A DNA stretch of 64,000 nt from Heteronotia binoei (taxonomy: Eukaryota): positions 62,620,001 to 62,684,000 of the forward strand of contig NC_083235.1 in assembly GCF_032191835.1 (NCBI RefSeq), in the 5' to 3' direction. The notes beneath the pieces were generated by a model, which saw only the letters and a program-made list of their open reading frames with translations, had not been told where the DNA came from and ran no database searches. The position numbers were made by a program, and so were the translations under genes. Shown in pieces: positions 25,330 through 36,107 of the stretch; the first letter of the stretch is position 1, and the number at the start of each line of letters is the position of its first letter.

Positions 25330-25990
25330 TAAGCAAAACCCAGGAAAAACTAAACCTTCAATGACTTTTCAGTCTATGGCAACCTATCTCTTCCCCTCCA
25401 GAAAACAACGGCGCAAACCCTCCAAGAGCAATGACTCAACCACCAAGATGATGGACAGTAGGCCCCTTGATCCCAAGGGGGGGGGGTGTCTCTCTCAAGT
25501 CAGGATTTTTTTTGCTTCTATTTCCCATCTTGAAGAAAACATAGGAGACTGTATTGCTAAGGCTGTAAGCCCTATTAAAGACGAACTAAAGAAAATGAAT
25601 GAGACCCTATCCTTTGTTACTCAGACCGCAGACTCTTCATTTGAAATGGCCACCTCTGCTCACAAAAAAAAAAAAAAAAAATCCCTCCAGCAAGCTGAAG
25701 TTTGGTTGCGATACACACACACACACACACCTTGAAAGTAAACTGAGAGAATGGAACCTTAAATTCCATGGGATAAATGAACGAGCAGAGCAAAATCAAG
25801 AGGTTTGTTCCTTTTTGACGTTGTGGCTGGCTTCATCATTAGCCTTGGAAGATGGGGTTGCTCCTCTTATTGAGAACGCCTACCGTTTGGGAGCCCTGAC
25901 TCCAAGATCAAAAGACTTTCCCAGCAACATTATTTCAACTTCCTGCTTCATGAGATGCAGGAATATATAGCAAAATCATTCTGGAAAGCT
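25330..25990 (+). pseudogene. Decayed L1-clade ORF1 (coiled coil + RRM-like) fragment
   Basis: ESKLREWNLKFHGINE...FLTLWL...IENAYRLG resembles the L1 ORF1p motif R.NNLRI.G.PE...IERAHR; broken by A-run and (CA)n. Confidence 0.65.
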
Positions 25991-26429
25991 CATTCAATAA
26001 ACTCTTAAAGGTGTGCCTGGATTCAATTTCTAATACCCTTAAAAAGTGTTCTGTAATCCTGTGTGGGTGCTATAAAACAAGAGCTTTGGTTAGGAAATGC
26101 TGCATGAAGCAAGAAGCACTAGACTACAACGATCTGCCTTGGACAAGTATGACAATCTCTTGACACACACACACAAAATCCTTGGGCAAGCTACAGTGTT
26201 CTTCCATGGCTGTCTCAAATGCAGGAAACAGAGGAGCTATTGCAAAGTAGGTGTGGGTGTGTCACATTGAACAACACACAATGTTGTTCCAGCTGGTCTT
26301 TCCCCCCAGCTTGGGAGCAAGAAACCAACATCTGTTTGTTCAAGTGTCCTATGTAGATGTCACATCAGACTTTGTTTGGACTGTCGCACAAGCATGGCTT
26401 CGATCTGAATAGTGCATGAAAGCCCAAGG

Positions 26430-27921
26430 AATTGAAGCTCACTGACATCATAAACAAATTGTGGTTTCTTCCTGTTTCTGAATACAACCAACCTCAGGCA
26501 GAAAGTAAGAGTCATCTGGTTAGCTCTCTCTTGGAAATGTTATCAGACACAGTGTACATGTTTGTGTTACTAGATCTAACAGTTTATGTTACTAGATCTG
26601 ACATGGTTGATTTTGACCTTATGGCCCACCACCTTGCTGAGGTGAGGCTAAGAGGAGCTCCTTTGTAGTGACTTACCTCGTTTCCCCATGGATGGGAGCA
26701 GAGGATGGCGATTGAGGGGAGGCTTTCACCAAGCTACCCTCTGACGTGCAGCATTCCATAGGGGACATTCCTCTTCCCTATATTGTTTAACATCTATACG
26801 CACCCCCTCGCTCAACTGATCTGGAGGTTTGGGCTAGGTTGTTGCCAGTATGCTAATACCCAACTGTATCTGTTGATGGATGAGTGACTGGATACTGCCC
26901 CAGAGGTTCTGGCCAGGACATTAGAAGCTGTGGCTGGGTGATTGCAGCAGAGCTGCCTGAAACTGAATCGATCAAAGATGGAGGTCCTGTGCCTGAGTTG
27001 CGGAGAGGTGCATTTAGGGATCCAGGTCCCAATGCTCGATAGGGTATCACTGACTCCAACAGCGAGGAGTTTGGATGCCTCACTTGCTATGGAGGCCAAG
27101 GTCATGGCCATTGCCAGAACAGCTTTTTACCATCTTCGGCTGGTCAGGCAATTGGTTCCCTCTCTTTCTCCCTGTGACCTAGCCACAGCCAACCTTTCAA
27201 TGGTCACCTCCAGGCTGGATTACTGCAACTTGCTCTATGCTGGGCTGCCCTTGTGGTGGTCTTGGGAACTCCAACAGGATCAAAACGCAGCAGTGCATGT
27301 CCTTACAGGGGCACCTCTAAGAGTGCATACCCGACCAATGCTCTGCCATTTGCATTGACTCCCGGTGAAGTACTGAATCCAGTTCAAGGTTATGGTATTG
27401 TCCTACAAAGTTCTGAGAGGTTGGGGACCTATATATCTACAGAACCGCTTCTCCTGCTATGTCCCTTGAAGAGCATTACACTCATCCAAACAACAGCTGC
27501 AAGTGGTCCCTTCTGAAGAACATCCATTTAGCCTCAACCAGAGCCTTTTCAGCTCTGGCCCCAGCCTGGTGGAACACTCTCCTGAGTGAGACCAGAACCC
27601 TGTGTGATCACCTTCTGTTCCACAGGACCTGTAAAATGGAGATGTTCCACCAGGCCTTTGGCTGAGGCAACAGGTGTCTCATTTATTCTGGCCTCCTCTG
27701 CTCTACCCCCTGACCTGGTATGTTTAGCGACTACTGGAGGTGATTCCCCACTGCTCTGTTTAATCTTGAGCAGTTTTATAGACTTATAGGAGAGCACTCC
27801 TAGGTTTGTGAGCCATCTTGCCGTATCTAATGCCTAAAAATTTCTAGAACTATGAAATATTGTTATTGTATTATCTGTGTTTTTAATTGCTGTGAGCTGC
27901 CCTGAACCCAGTGTGCGGGGA
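26430..27921 (+). mobile_element. Degenerate L2 LINE 3' part; its tail is split by the Copia and resumes at 31641-31685
   Basis: LLDL...DMVDF RT relic; MVTSRLDYCNLLYAGLP; tail tgtgagctgccctgaaccc...gggga|gggga aaggcggg...aaataaataaa. Confidence 0.85.
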
Positions 27922-28319
27922 TGTCGGAGCGGGAGTAGCAGAGTGAGGGAGATGACTTGCCCGACACAGGGCTTCAGGAAAGAAAATCAGGCAGACACGT
28001 GCAACTAGTGCCAAAAGGTGTATTAACATATATACACAACAAGTGCTCTCTTGTGCAGTCTATACAATATCACCTCCACGGACAAAGTGCTTCGCCTAAC
28101 CACCATCTCACAGGGAGATACCTGTGTGATGCACACACAGATCATATATAGTCCAAGCAGCCAATCCTGGCCGTGCTGACTCAGCAGATTGCATCACTTG
28201 GCTTCTGCCGGCTCAAGCCGGTCTGCTGATCAGGTCACTGTGACCTAGCCTGGCAGCTAGATCACCAGCTGTCATACTGTAGCTGTCAGACTGGGTTTAT
28301 GTAGATTCTTGCTCCAACA
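27922..28319 (-). repeat. Copia 3' LTR (398 bp)
   Basis: No mismatch to 31243-31640 found by eye; preceded on minus by the PPT agattaggaggtg (28332-28320). Confidence 0.97.
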
Positions 28320-28404
28320 CACCTCCTAATCTATTTAAACCCAGTGCACCAAAACACTTTACACAGTTTACATACATGTCCACCTGCAACATTACAGTTC
28401 ATAT

Positions 28405-31065
28405 TTACGTAGCTCGGAACCCTTTCCGGAATTCGTTCAGGAACTCATCATGATTGTAAAACACATCATCGTGTTCCTGTTCAGCCAGCTCTTTCAGACG
28501 CTTGGCTTCAGCCTCCTTCTCCCTTGCCTCGCACTCTGCCACCCAGGCTTTCCATTTCTTAGCCTTTTCTTTTAACATTTCCTCAAATCCGGGTGGGTCT
28601 GGATTGACAGTCAGAGTGACATAGGGACACTTGTACCTAGCGGGACGTTGGCCTTTGGTGGACCTGGCAGACACCCGTGGCCCTGTGCTTGGACCAGCTT
28701 TGTCTTCTTCGGGTTGCTCTGTTCCCACCTCCTGGGCTGGTTGCTCTGCCCCTGTAATTGGGTGTTGAACCTCCTGACTCTCACACTTTACCTCCAGTTC
28801 CTGCATTTGAGGCTCTGCCTCCTGACTCTGCTCGTCAGGCTCTGTGCCAGCATTCGGCTCACCTTCTCCAGCCCCACTGGGTGCCACCTCCTGGGCTGGA
28901 GTTCTGGGCTGCGCTCCAACATCGTTATCGCTACTTGGCAGCAGGACAAATTGTTTCTGCAAGGAGTGCAACCTTGGCCAGCTGCTTTCTTCATTGAACT
29001 GGGCACTCTTGCTAAGTGTTATCTTGCATTTGCTATTGCAGAAACGATAACACCTGGCCCTTGGCTTGTAGCCCAGAAAAATTAGGCTCTCTGCCCGGAC
29101 ATCCCCCTCCCCGCTACTCGTGGAGTGGATGCCAACCCGAGCCCGTGACCCAAAGACTTTTAAAGAACTCAAATCTGGGGTCTTGTTCAACAGTAACCTG
29201 TAAGGCACATTTTTCACAGTATTACACCAAACCCTATTTTGCAAAAAAACAGCTGCATGTATGGTTTCTGCCCAATAGGTCATTGGCAGTTGTGCATCCT
29301 CTAACATGCAATACATCACATTCTGCAATACAGCCCCATGCCCATTTTCTCGGGGCGTTGCCGGGTTCGTCAGACGGTGGGCGATGCCCTTGTTCTCCAG
29401 CCAACGTTTCATCTGGTTAGATAAGAATTCCCCCCCTCTGTCGGTTTGTACAGCTAGGAGATTAACCCCTAATTGTCTCTCCACTGCTTTGACCCACTTG
29501 GTGAATGTCTTATGCACCTCAGACTTATGCACCATGGTGAAAACCCACGCGTACCTCGTGTGGTCGTCGGTGGCCACCAAGCAGTATCTCCTCCCCGACA
29601 GACTCTTTGGCAATGGGCCAATAACGTCTAAATGGACTAGTTCCAGGGCTCGTGTGCTTTCCCTTGAGCTTTCTTTAGCAACAGCACACGCCTTGCTTTT
29701 GGTCTTCTTGCAGACCTGGCAATCCAAGTAACATTTGCAAGGATTTACTTTCAAACTAGGCACAAGCTCCAGGGTTTTCTTTAACGCCCTAAATCCGCAG
29801 TGCCCAAGTCTCCTATGGAGCAAATGTATACAATTATTGTGCACAGGCTCATTCGACACCTGAGCCACCTGGGCACAATCACTCTGGACCACATACAGTT
29901 TACCTTCCCTCTTTCCTGTCACAAGCAACTTTCCCCCACCTCCCAGGATTTTGCAGCAGGTTTTCTCAAATCTCACCTGGTATCCCTGGTCAAACAGTGT
30001 ACTAACACTCAACAGGTTAGACTGCAGTGAGGGTACATACAACACATTTTGCAACATACAGTTCAGTGCAGGAAATTCCACATTGCCTGAGCAAACAGAA
30101 TTGGCAGTGGTCCCATCAGCCAATCTCACATACTTATGCTCAGGACTGTCAATGTTTTTCAACAACTCCTTCTCGCAGCAGAGATGGCTCGTTGCCCCGG
30201 AGTCTAAAATCCAAGCAGACCCTGTGCTCTCTACTGCAGACGTGACCAGCCGGGTTGCTTCCTCACACGGGCTGGCGGTCCTCCGCTCTCGCCGCACACG
30301 CCCCCGCCTCTTCTCCCTCTCAGGGCAAGCTCGGAGCAGGTGCTGCGACGACCCGCATCCATAGCAGCGACGGACTGCAAACGCAGTCGGCTCCACTTCC
30401 TCCACCTTCGGACGCCTGCCAGCAGCAAAAGCTGGCTCGTTCTTGGCTGTCTTCCCGGACACACCGATAACAGCACGCTGCCCGGCCGACACCCCCGGAC
30501 AGCTCACGGCCGCAATTCTCTCTTGGAAGTCAAGCAGGTGGGCACAGACGTATTCCATGGTCAGGGTCGCTACGTCCACCGTCTCCAGAGAAGTTATCAG
30601 GGGAGTGTACTCAGGTGGCAACGACGACAGCAAAATGTACACTCTGTCGTCTGGAGCTACAGTCTTGCCTCTTGCCTCCAGCTCAACGAAACAGTCCGTT
30701 AGCCGTTTGATGTGATCTTTCACACACCCTCCAGCCGGCATAACGGTGCGGAACATCCTCCTTGTCAAGGCCATGAGGGAACCAGCAGTGGTGCTAACAT
30801 GCACCGCACTCAACGCGTCCCAGGCAGCCTTGGGAGTGTCCTTCCCTCGCACATAAACCAGCTGGTCATCTCCTATAGATAGCACTATGTTGGCCAGTGC
30901 CTTATCCGATAACACAGTCTCGGCAGGAGATAAGTCAGCAGGGGGGTTACTCTCGAACAGCCATTGCCCTTCACGCTTGAGGTAGTGTTGCATTCTCAGG
31001 CTCCACACCGCGTAGTTGGCTGAGGTGAGCTTCTCAACGGCTACTCCAAGCTGTTGCTGAGCCAT
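28405..31065 (-). CDS. Copia Gag-protease-integrase polyprotein, 886 aa, no RT/RNase H
   Basis: Copia Gag (NYAVWSLRM, ILLSSLPPEY); zinc knuckle CYGCGSSQHLLRAC; protease WILDSGATSH; HHCC (LHRRLGH...CQVC); integrase core HLDVIGP and QTDRGGEF; stop shortly after the pre-RT linker. Confidence 0.93.
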   Translation of the reverse strand: MAQQQLGVAVEKLTSANYAVWSLRMQHYLKREGQWLFESNPPADLSPAETVLSDKALANIVLSIGDDQLVYVRGKDTPKAAWDALSAVHVSTTAGSLMALTRRMFRTVMPAGGCVKDHIKRLTDCFVELEARGKTVAPDDRVYILLSSLPPEYTPLITSLETVDVATLTMEYVCAHLLDFQERIAAVSCPGVSAGQRAVIGVSGKTAKNEPAFAAGRRPKVEEVEPTAFAVRRCYGCGSSQHLLRACPEREKRRGRVRRERRTASPCEEATRLVTSAVESTGSAWILDSGATSHLCCEKELLKNIDSPEHKYVRLADGTTANSVCSGNVEFPALNCMLQNVLYVPSLQSNLLSVSTLFDQGYQVRFEKTCCKILGGGGKLLVTGKREGKLYVVQSDCAQVAQVSNEPVHNNCIHLLHRRLGHCGFRALKKTLELVPSLKVNPCKCYLDCQVCKKTKSKACAVAKESSRESTRALELVHLDVIGPLPKSLSGRRYCLVATDDHTRYAWVFTMVHKSEVHKTFTKWVKAVERQLGVNLLAVQTDRGGEFLSNQMKRWLENKGIAHRLTNPATPRENGHGAVLQNVMYCMLEDAQLPMTYWAETIHAAVFLQNRVWCNTVKNVPYRLLLNKTPDLSSLKVFGSRARVGIHSTSSGEGDVRAESLIFLGYKPRARCYRFCNSKCKITLSKSAQFNEESSWPRLHSLQKQFVLLPSSDNDVGAQPRTPAQEVAPSGAGEGEPNAGTEPDEQSQEAEPQMQELEVKCESQEVQHPITGAEQPAQEVGTEQPEEDKAGPSTGPRVSARSTKGQRPARYKCPYVTLTVNPDPPGFEEMLKEKAKKWKAWVAECEAREKEAEAKRLKELAEQEHDDVFYNHDEFLNEFRKGFRAT

Positions 31066-31211
31066 CGTGCCGACTCCTCCTCACGGCTGGCTGCCGACGT
31101 CCCTCTGGCTCTCAAACAGAGAACGGTGGTGCTTCTGTGTCCTTCACCGGCGTTCCTCGCCTCCGGCTCTTTCCAAACTCACAGTCAGCTCAACTCTCAA
31201 CTCTCTCCTCC

Positions 31212-31242
31212 GCGCAGCGGAAGCGTCCTGGGCCCATAACCC
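31212..31242 (-). other. Copia primer-binding site complementary to the 5' half of initiator tRNA-Met
   Basis: Plus strand GCGCAGCGGAAGCGTcCTGGGCCCATAACCC matches tRNAiMet nt 10-40 at 30/31; minus strand contains the copia PBS core GGTTATGGGCCCAG. Confidence 0.93.
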
Positions 31243-31640
31243 TGTCGGAGCGGGAGTAGCAGAGTGAGGGAGATGACTTGCCCGACACAGGGCTTCAGGA
31301 AAGAAAATCAGGCAGACACGTGCAACTAGTGCCAAAAGGTGTATTAACATATATACACAACAAGTGCTCTCTTGTGCAGTCTATACAATATCACCTCCAC
31401 GGACAAAGTGCTTCGCCTAACCACCATCTCACAGGGAGATACCTGTGTGATGCACACACAGATCATATATAGTCCAAGCAGCCAATCCTGGCCGTGCTGA
31501 CTCAGCAGATTGCATCACTTGGCTTCTGCCGGCTCAAGCCGGTCTGCTGATCAGGTCACTGTGACCTAGCCTGGCAGCTAGATCACCAGCTGTCATACTG
31601 TAGCTGTCAGACTGGGTTTATGTAGATTCTTGCTCCAACA
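31243..31640 (-). repeat. Copia 5' LTR (398 bp)
   Basis: No mismatch to 27922-28319 found by eye; followed on minus by the PBS. Confidence 0.97.
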
Positions 31641-31940
31641 GGGGAAAGGCGGGAAAAACATCTAACTATTAAATAAATAAATTTATAAAACACTAGAACA
31701 AAGTCGGAGTCAAGTATCACCTTTAAGACCAAAAAGGTTTTAAAGGTGCTACTTGTCTCCTGCTTTGTTCTACTGCTTCAGACCCAACACGGCTGCCCAC
31801 CTGGATTTATAAAACACTGATAGTCAGAGGCTCAAAAAGAGTGAATAAATTCTTTGGCTCAAGCACAAATGGTTCAAGGAGTTTTGTCACACCAAATAAG
31901 GTACAATTTTACCCTCTTCTCCCAATGTCTGAACACCACA

Positions 31941-32302
31941 ACAGTTTGGTGTAGTGGTTAAGTGTGCGGACTCTTATCTGGGAGAACCGGGTTTGATTCC
32001 CCACTCCTCCACTTGCACCTGCTGGAATGGCCTTGGGTCAGCCATAGCTCTGGCAGAGGTCTTTAAAAGGGCAGCTGCTGTGAGAGCCCTCTCCAGCCCC
32101 ACCCACCTCACAGGGTGTCTGTTGTGGGGGAGGAAGGGAAAGGAGATTGTGAGCCGCTCTGAGACTCTTCGGAGTGGAGGGCGGGATATAAATCCAATAT
32201 CATCATCTACCTCACAGGGTGTCTGTTGTGGGGGAGGAAGGGAAAGGAGATTGTGAGCCGCTCTGAGACTCTTCGGAGTGGAGGGCGGGATATAAATCCA
32301 AT

Positions 32303-32380
<78 letters not shown>
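31941..32380 (+). mobile_element. tRNA-headed SINE (family A) with a twofold 104-bp tail and (CAT)n microsatellite
   Basis: Tail units start at 32103 and 32207; about 26 ATC units at 32303-32380. Confidence 0.9.
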
Positions 32381-32381
<1 letters not shown>

Positions 32382-34928
32382 CAACATAGGTTCAAAGAAA
32401 ATCTCTTGTTTTTTTAAGCCAGCAATCCACACCTGACTCATCAAATTATAGTGCTTATTTCCTTAATTTATACCTCACTTTTCTCCTCAGTGGGGACCCA
32501 AATAACCTTACAGCAATTTATACTATCAGTAATAGACTTTTTTCTCCACTGGTGGGAGAGCCCTGAAGGAGTTAATTAAATCTATCCCAATAGCAAAATA
32601 TTGTGAATATACATGTTATTAAATATCAAACTCTAACACTACCATAATTTTAAAGGTCAACTTCTGTATACTAGAGCAACTAAAGCTACCATTTCATACT
32701 GAAATTCCAAATAATTGGAAAAGCCACTAGGGAAAAGGAGTTTTAAACTGCAGGCATCGGTATTACTAGATAGAATTTAATTTTGAATTCAAGGATATGA
32801 CAGCATGTTTGTAATTAAAACAGATACATGTATTAAAGGTACAAACAATTCATCGCATTTCATAGACTTCTAATATCTAATACTGTTAGGATCAAAGTAA
32901 AATAATTCTGTTATGATGGAAAATTGTTTGCCTATATTTTCCACAAATATTATTTTTATGTTTTCATGCTGGGGGCAGGGGGGAACCTTAGCTAGGGCCT
33001 GACAAGCCTCCTTTCTGAAGCAGTTTTCCTTTTAACAGCTTTGTGCCCCCTCAAATGCATGAAATGGTTTAAAAACAGGGGTTACTAAGTCTCCCCATCC
33101 CTGCATAGCGCCTATGCTTTAACAGCCACAGGACAAGCAGAAATAATATTTTTAACAGGCAACCACAAGCACTATTGGAAAAAGCTTCACCAGATGAATT
33201 TCTGCTCACAAAGCAGTTCCAGAAACAAAACATGGCAACCTTATTGCCGTTAATGTGTGAATATTAGTCACTAGTTGGATGAACTATGGTTATTGACCCT
33301 TTCCTGTCTGCACGATTACTGTCATATTTCTGTATTCCTGCAGGCCCCTAATAAATAGGAAATAATTAAGAATGAACCTCCAGACTCGTTTGGGACTCTT
33401 CTGTCACTAAGCAATAACCAAGTTATAAAGTAGTAAGAACAAATAGGGGAAAGATACTCTGTAATCTTCAGGACTGGTTCCAGGTTATTTTTGTGTGTGT
33501 GGGGGGGAAACAGGTAGAGAATTCTGGTGCCCCCCTTTCCTGCTGGCCTCTCCCTCTTCCCCACCACTTCCCCATCTCTCCTACATCAGTTTCCTCACAC
33601 GCCATCCCAGTTGCATGCATATACTTCTCCCTGATAGTTTTAAACAATACATCCCGAAGGATGGATGGATGGCAGGAGAGCTCACAAACAGGAGTGTGTG
33701 TGTGTGATTGAATACATGCCCGCAGCTGGTCCCATTGGCCACCCTAGGTCACAGCAGCTGCTACCCCACAGGGTATATGTATAATAATGGGAGGCAGCAT
33801 TTCATACAGTCCAAAGCATACTTATTGGGAAATCCTGCATTACTGGTGAATGACCGAAGCCTGTAATCTTTCTCTACTGCTGTTTTACACACAGAAGTGT
33901 CAAGCCAAGACTAGCGTCCAAACCTGCTCCAATCTAGGGCTGATGTCCAGATCTAATACATATGACCCAAAGTCTGTGGACATCAGTCTGATTAGCCGCC
34001 CTGAGCCTGCCTAGGCGGGGAGGGCGGGATACAAATAAAATTTAATAATAATAATTTAATAATAATTTCAGGAGTGGTGGGGGGTGGGGCTCACCACATG
34101 CTTTTGTCTTACTGAAATCTATGGCGTCTAGAAGCACTGAGCGAGCATATTTCAGACATTATTCTTCGTTACACTTAAGAACAGCAATTATAATATCCAG
34201 ATACAGAACTTCCAGTTAATACAAGTTTCCTGCCATTAATTTCAGCATCTGCATTTGCAGAACATATAGTGGCAGACTGACACATTTGAAAGAGGTTGCA
34301 TAATCCCAAATTTGCTTTGTAGTTTGTGTGTATGCGCACACATTATGGAAATCTGATCAGACTGGAGTATTACCCCCTCATATCAGGTGTTGTTTTTTTG
34401 TTTTGCTTTTTAATGTGGGTGTAGCTGCCTTTTTGGTCTGCCTGTACCAAAAGTTAACAGTTGACTGACATACAGTACATCAATTCTAAATCAAATGCTT
34501 TTCAAAGGGTAAGCAAAAAACCCCACACACATCCCTTCCTCTTAGTGCCTATTTAGTAGAAACTAGCTGAATGCTTTCGATCTAGAAAGTTTTTCTCCTG
34601 TGTGGGGTTTCATACCGTTTTAAAACTCCTCTTTTTTCAAAGGTCGATAGAAAGATTTTAAAACTGAGTTAAAATTTCAAAAGAAATTTGCATCTGATAT
34701 ATCGAGTCTTGCTTTTGGAGGAAATATATTACTGTATTTTCTTTAAGTATCACTCATTGTTCAATCTTATTACTAAAATTATTTGTCGATCTTTTCTACT
34801 TTCTCACTTTCAGCATTATTATAATCTAAATCACTGCAGTGAATATACAGTTCCTTATCTCAGCATTCAAATTTGCTATTCTGGAAACCTCAAACTAACA
34901 TAAGGAAAATAGTGATAGTAGTACCTAC

Positions 34929-35615
34929 TAGGGAAGGGCATGGATTGCGAAAATGGTGGTTCTGTTCGGTTTGCTGAGTTGCTTGAATTGGTGGTTCATT
35001 TCACGTTTTTTTCAACTTCCTGAACAATCTGTGGTTTCTTGGTTCGTGAAGGCACAGGATGGCCCCCAGTGGGCTAGAGATGCCAAACTTGTGGCAAATT
35101 CTTCAGTGGACTCTACAAGTTCTCCAAGTTTAGTGCAAATTGAATTTTGGGGAGCCGAGCTACAGCCCCCCCAAAGCAGGCACTCCCAGTAAACTGTTGT
35201 CCTATGATATGTCAAGATTGGGAAAGAAAGGGAAGCTGCCTGGCAGCTTTCAGTCAGTTTCACCCCCAGGAAGTTTGGAAACGGACTAGATGCTGCAGCT
35301 CTGCTCTCCCAGCCCCTGCGCTTCTGTTCAGTTTCCAGTGAAACTGAGTAGAAGCCACAGGGGCAGGGAGAGCAGAGCTGCAGTCTCTAGTCAGTTTCAC
35401 TGGAAATTGACTAGAAGCACAGGAGCTGGGGAATCATGCTGGTGCCAGGCTGTCTGGAAAAACAAAGCAAACACAAACCAAACAACATGCCCCCCCCAAA
35501 AAAAAGTTGGTTCATTTCATGCTTGGGTGCGGCAGGATCAGATGAACCAGTTCAGAACAAACCATGAATCAGCCATTTTTACCATGAATCGTGGTTAGGT
35601 TCATGCCAATCCCCA
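34929..35615. mobile_element. hAT-type MITE with TAGGG-like ends
   Basis: Imperfect TIRs tagggaagggcatg / catgccaatcccca; 8-bp TSD gtacctac / gtaccaac. Confidence 0.7.
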
Positions 35616-36107
35616 GTACCAACCTCTGAAGAATTACCTCCACTGTTGGAATCTGAGACAGTCCCCCCCCCCCCGCCCAATTATTTTCATTCTAAAGCAA
35701 GGCAAAGAAAAGGATACAATTCAGCTATGATCAAGGAAGCTCAAACTGTTTTAGTGAGAGATCTACTGTAATCAGTGGGACCAAAAATGGTTGACAGATG
35801 GGAGTGTACATAGATTCTCTCCAATTTTATTTTGAAGTGTCTTTCAGCTTTCACACATCAACATAGCATCTACACAGCACTTTCCCTCTGCTGCTGCCAT
35901 TTCCCTTGAATTTCCTCCCACGCTCTTACCAAAGGGCTTTTTTGGGTTTAAAAAATTCCTGTTGTGGTATAGGGTTAGCATTACAAAGATCTATTGCCAC
36001 AATCTACTATTTTCTCCGAATTTCCAGTTTTCATTTTAAACAAGTCTCTAATGGATAGAGACATTTTCTTTGTAAATGAAAGCTCAGAATTCAGGGAAAA
36101 AATAGAT

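Larger units (their letters stand above)
27922..31640 (-). mobile_element. Ty1/Copia LTR retrotransposon, RT-less (non-autonomous), very young
   Basis: Two 398-bp TG...CA LTRs; 5-bp TSD GGGGA (27917-27921 and 31641-31645); tRNAiMet-type PBS; polypurine tract (PPT); Gag-PR-IN ORF. Confidence 0.97.

Noticed and set aside
28648-30715. Plus-strand ORFs antisense to the Copia polyprotein
   Set aside because: Short shadow frames of a GC-rich coding region with no recognisable motifs
31212-31266. tRNA-iMet gene or pseudogene
   Set aside because: Only nt 10-40 (plus a displaced nt 1-9) are present, exactly at the LTR boundary; this is a PBS
32207-32417. Poly-Asp and poly-Ser ORFs
   Set aside because: They are translations of the (CAT)n microsatellite at a SINE tail
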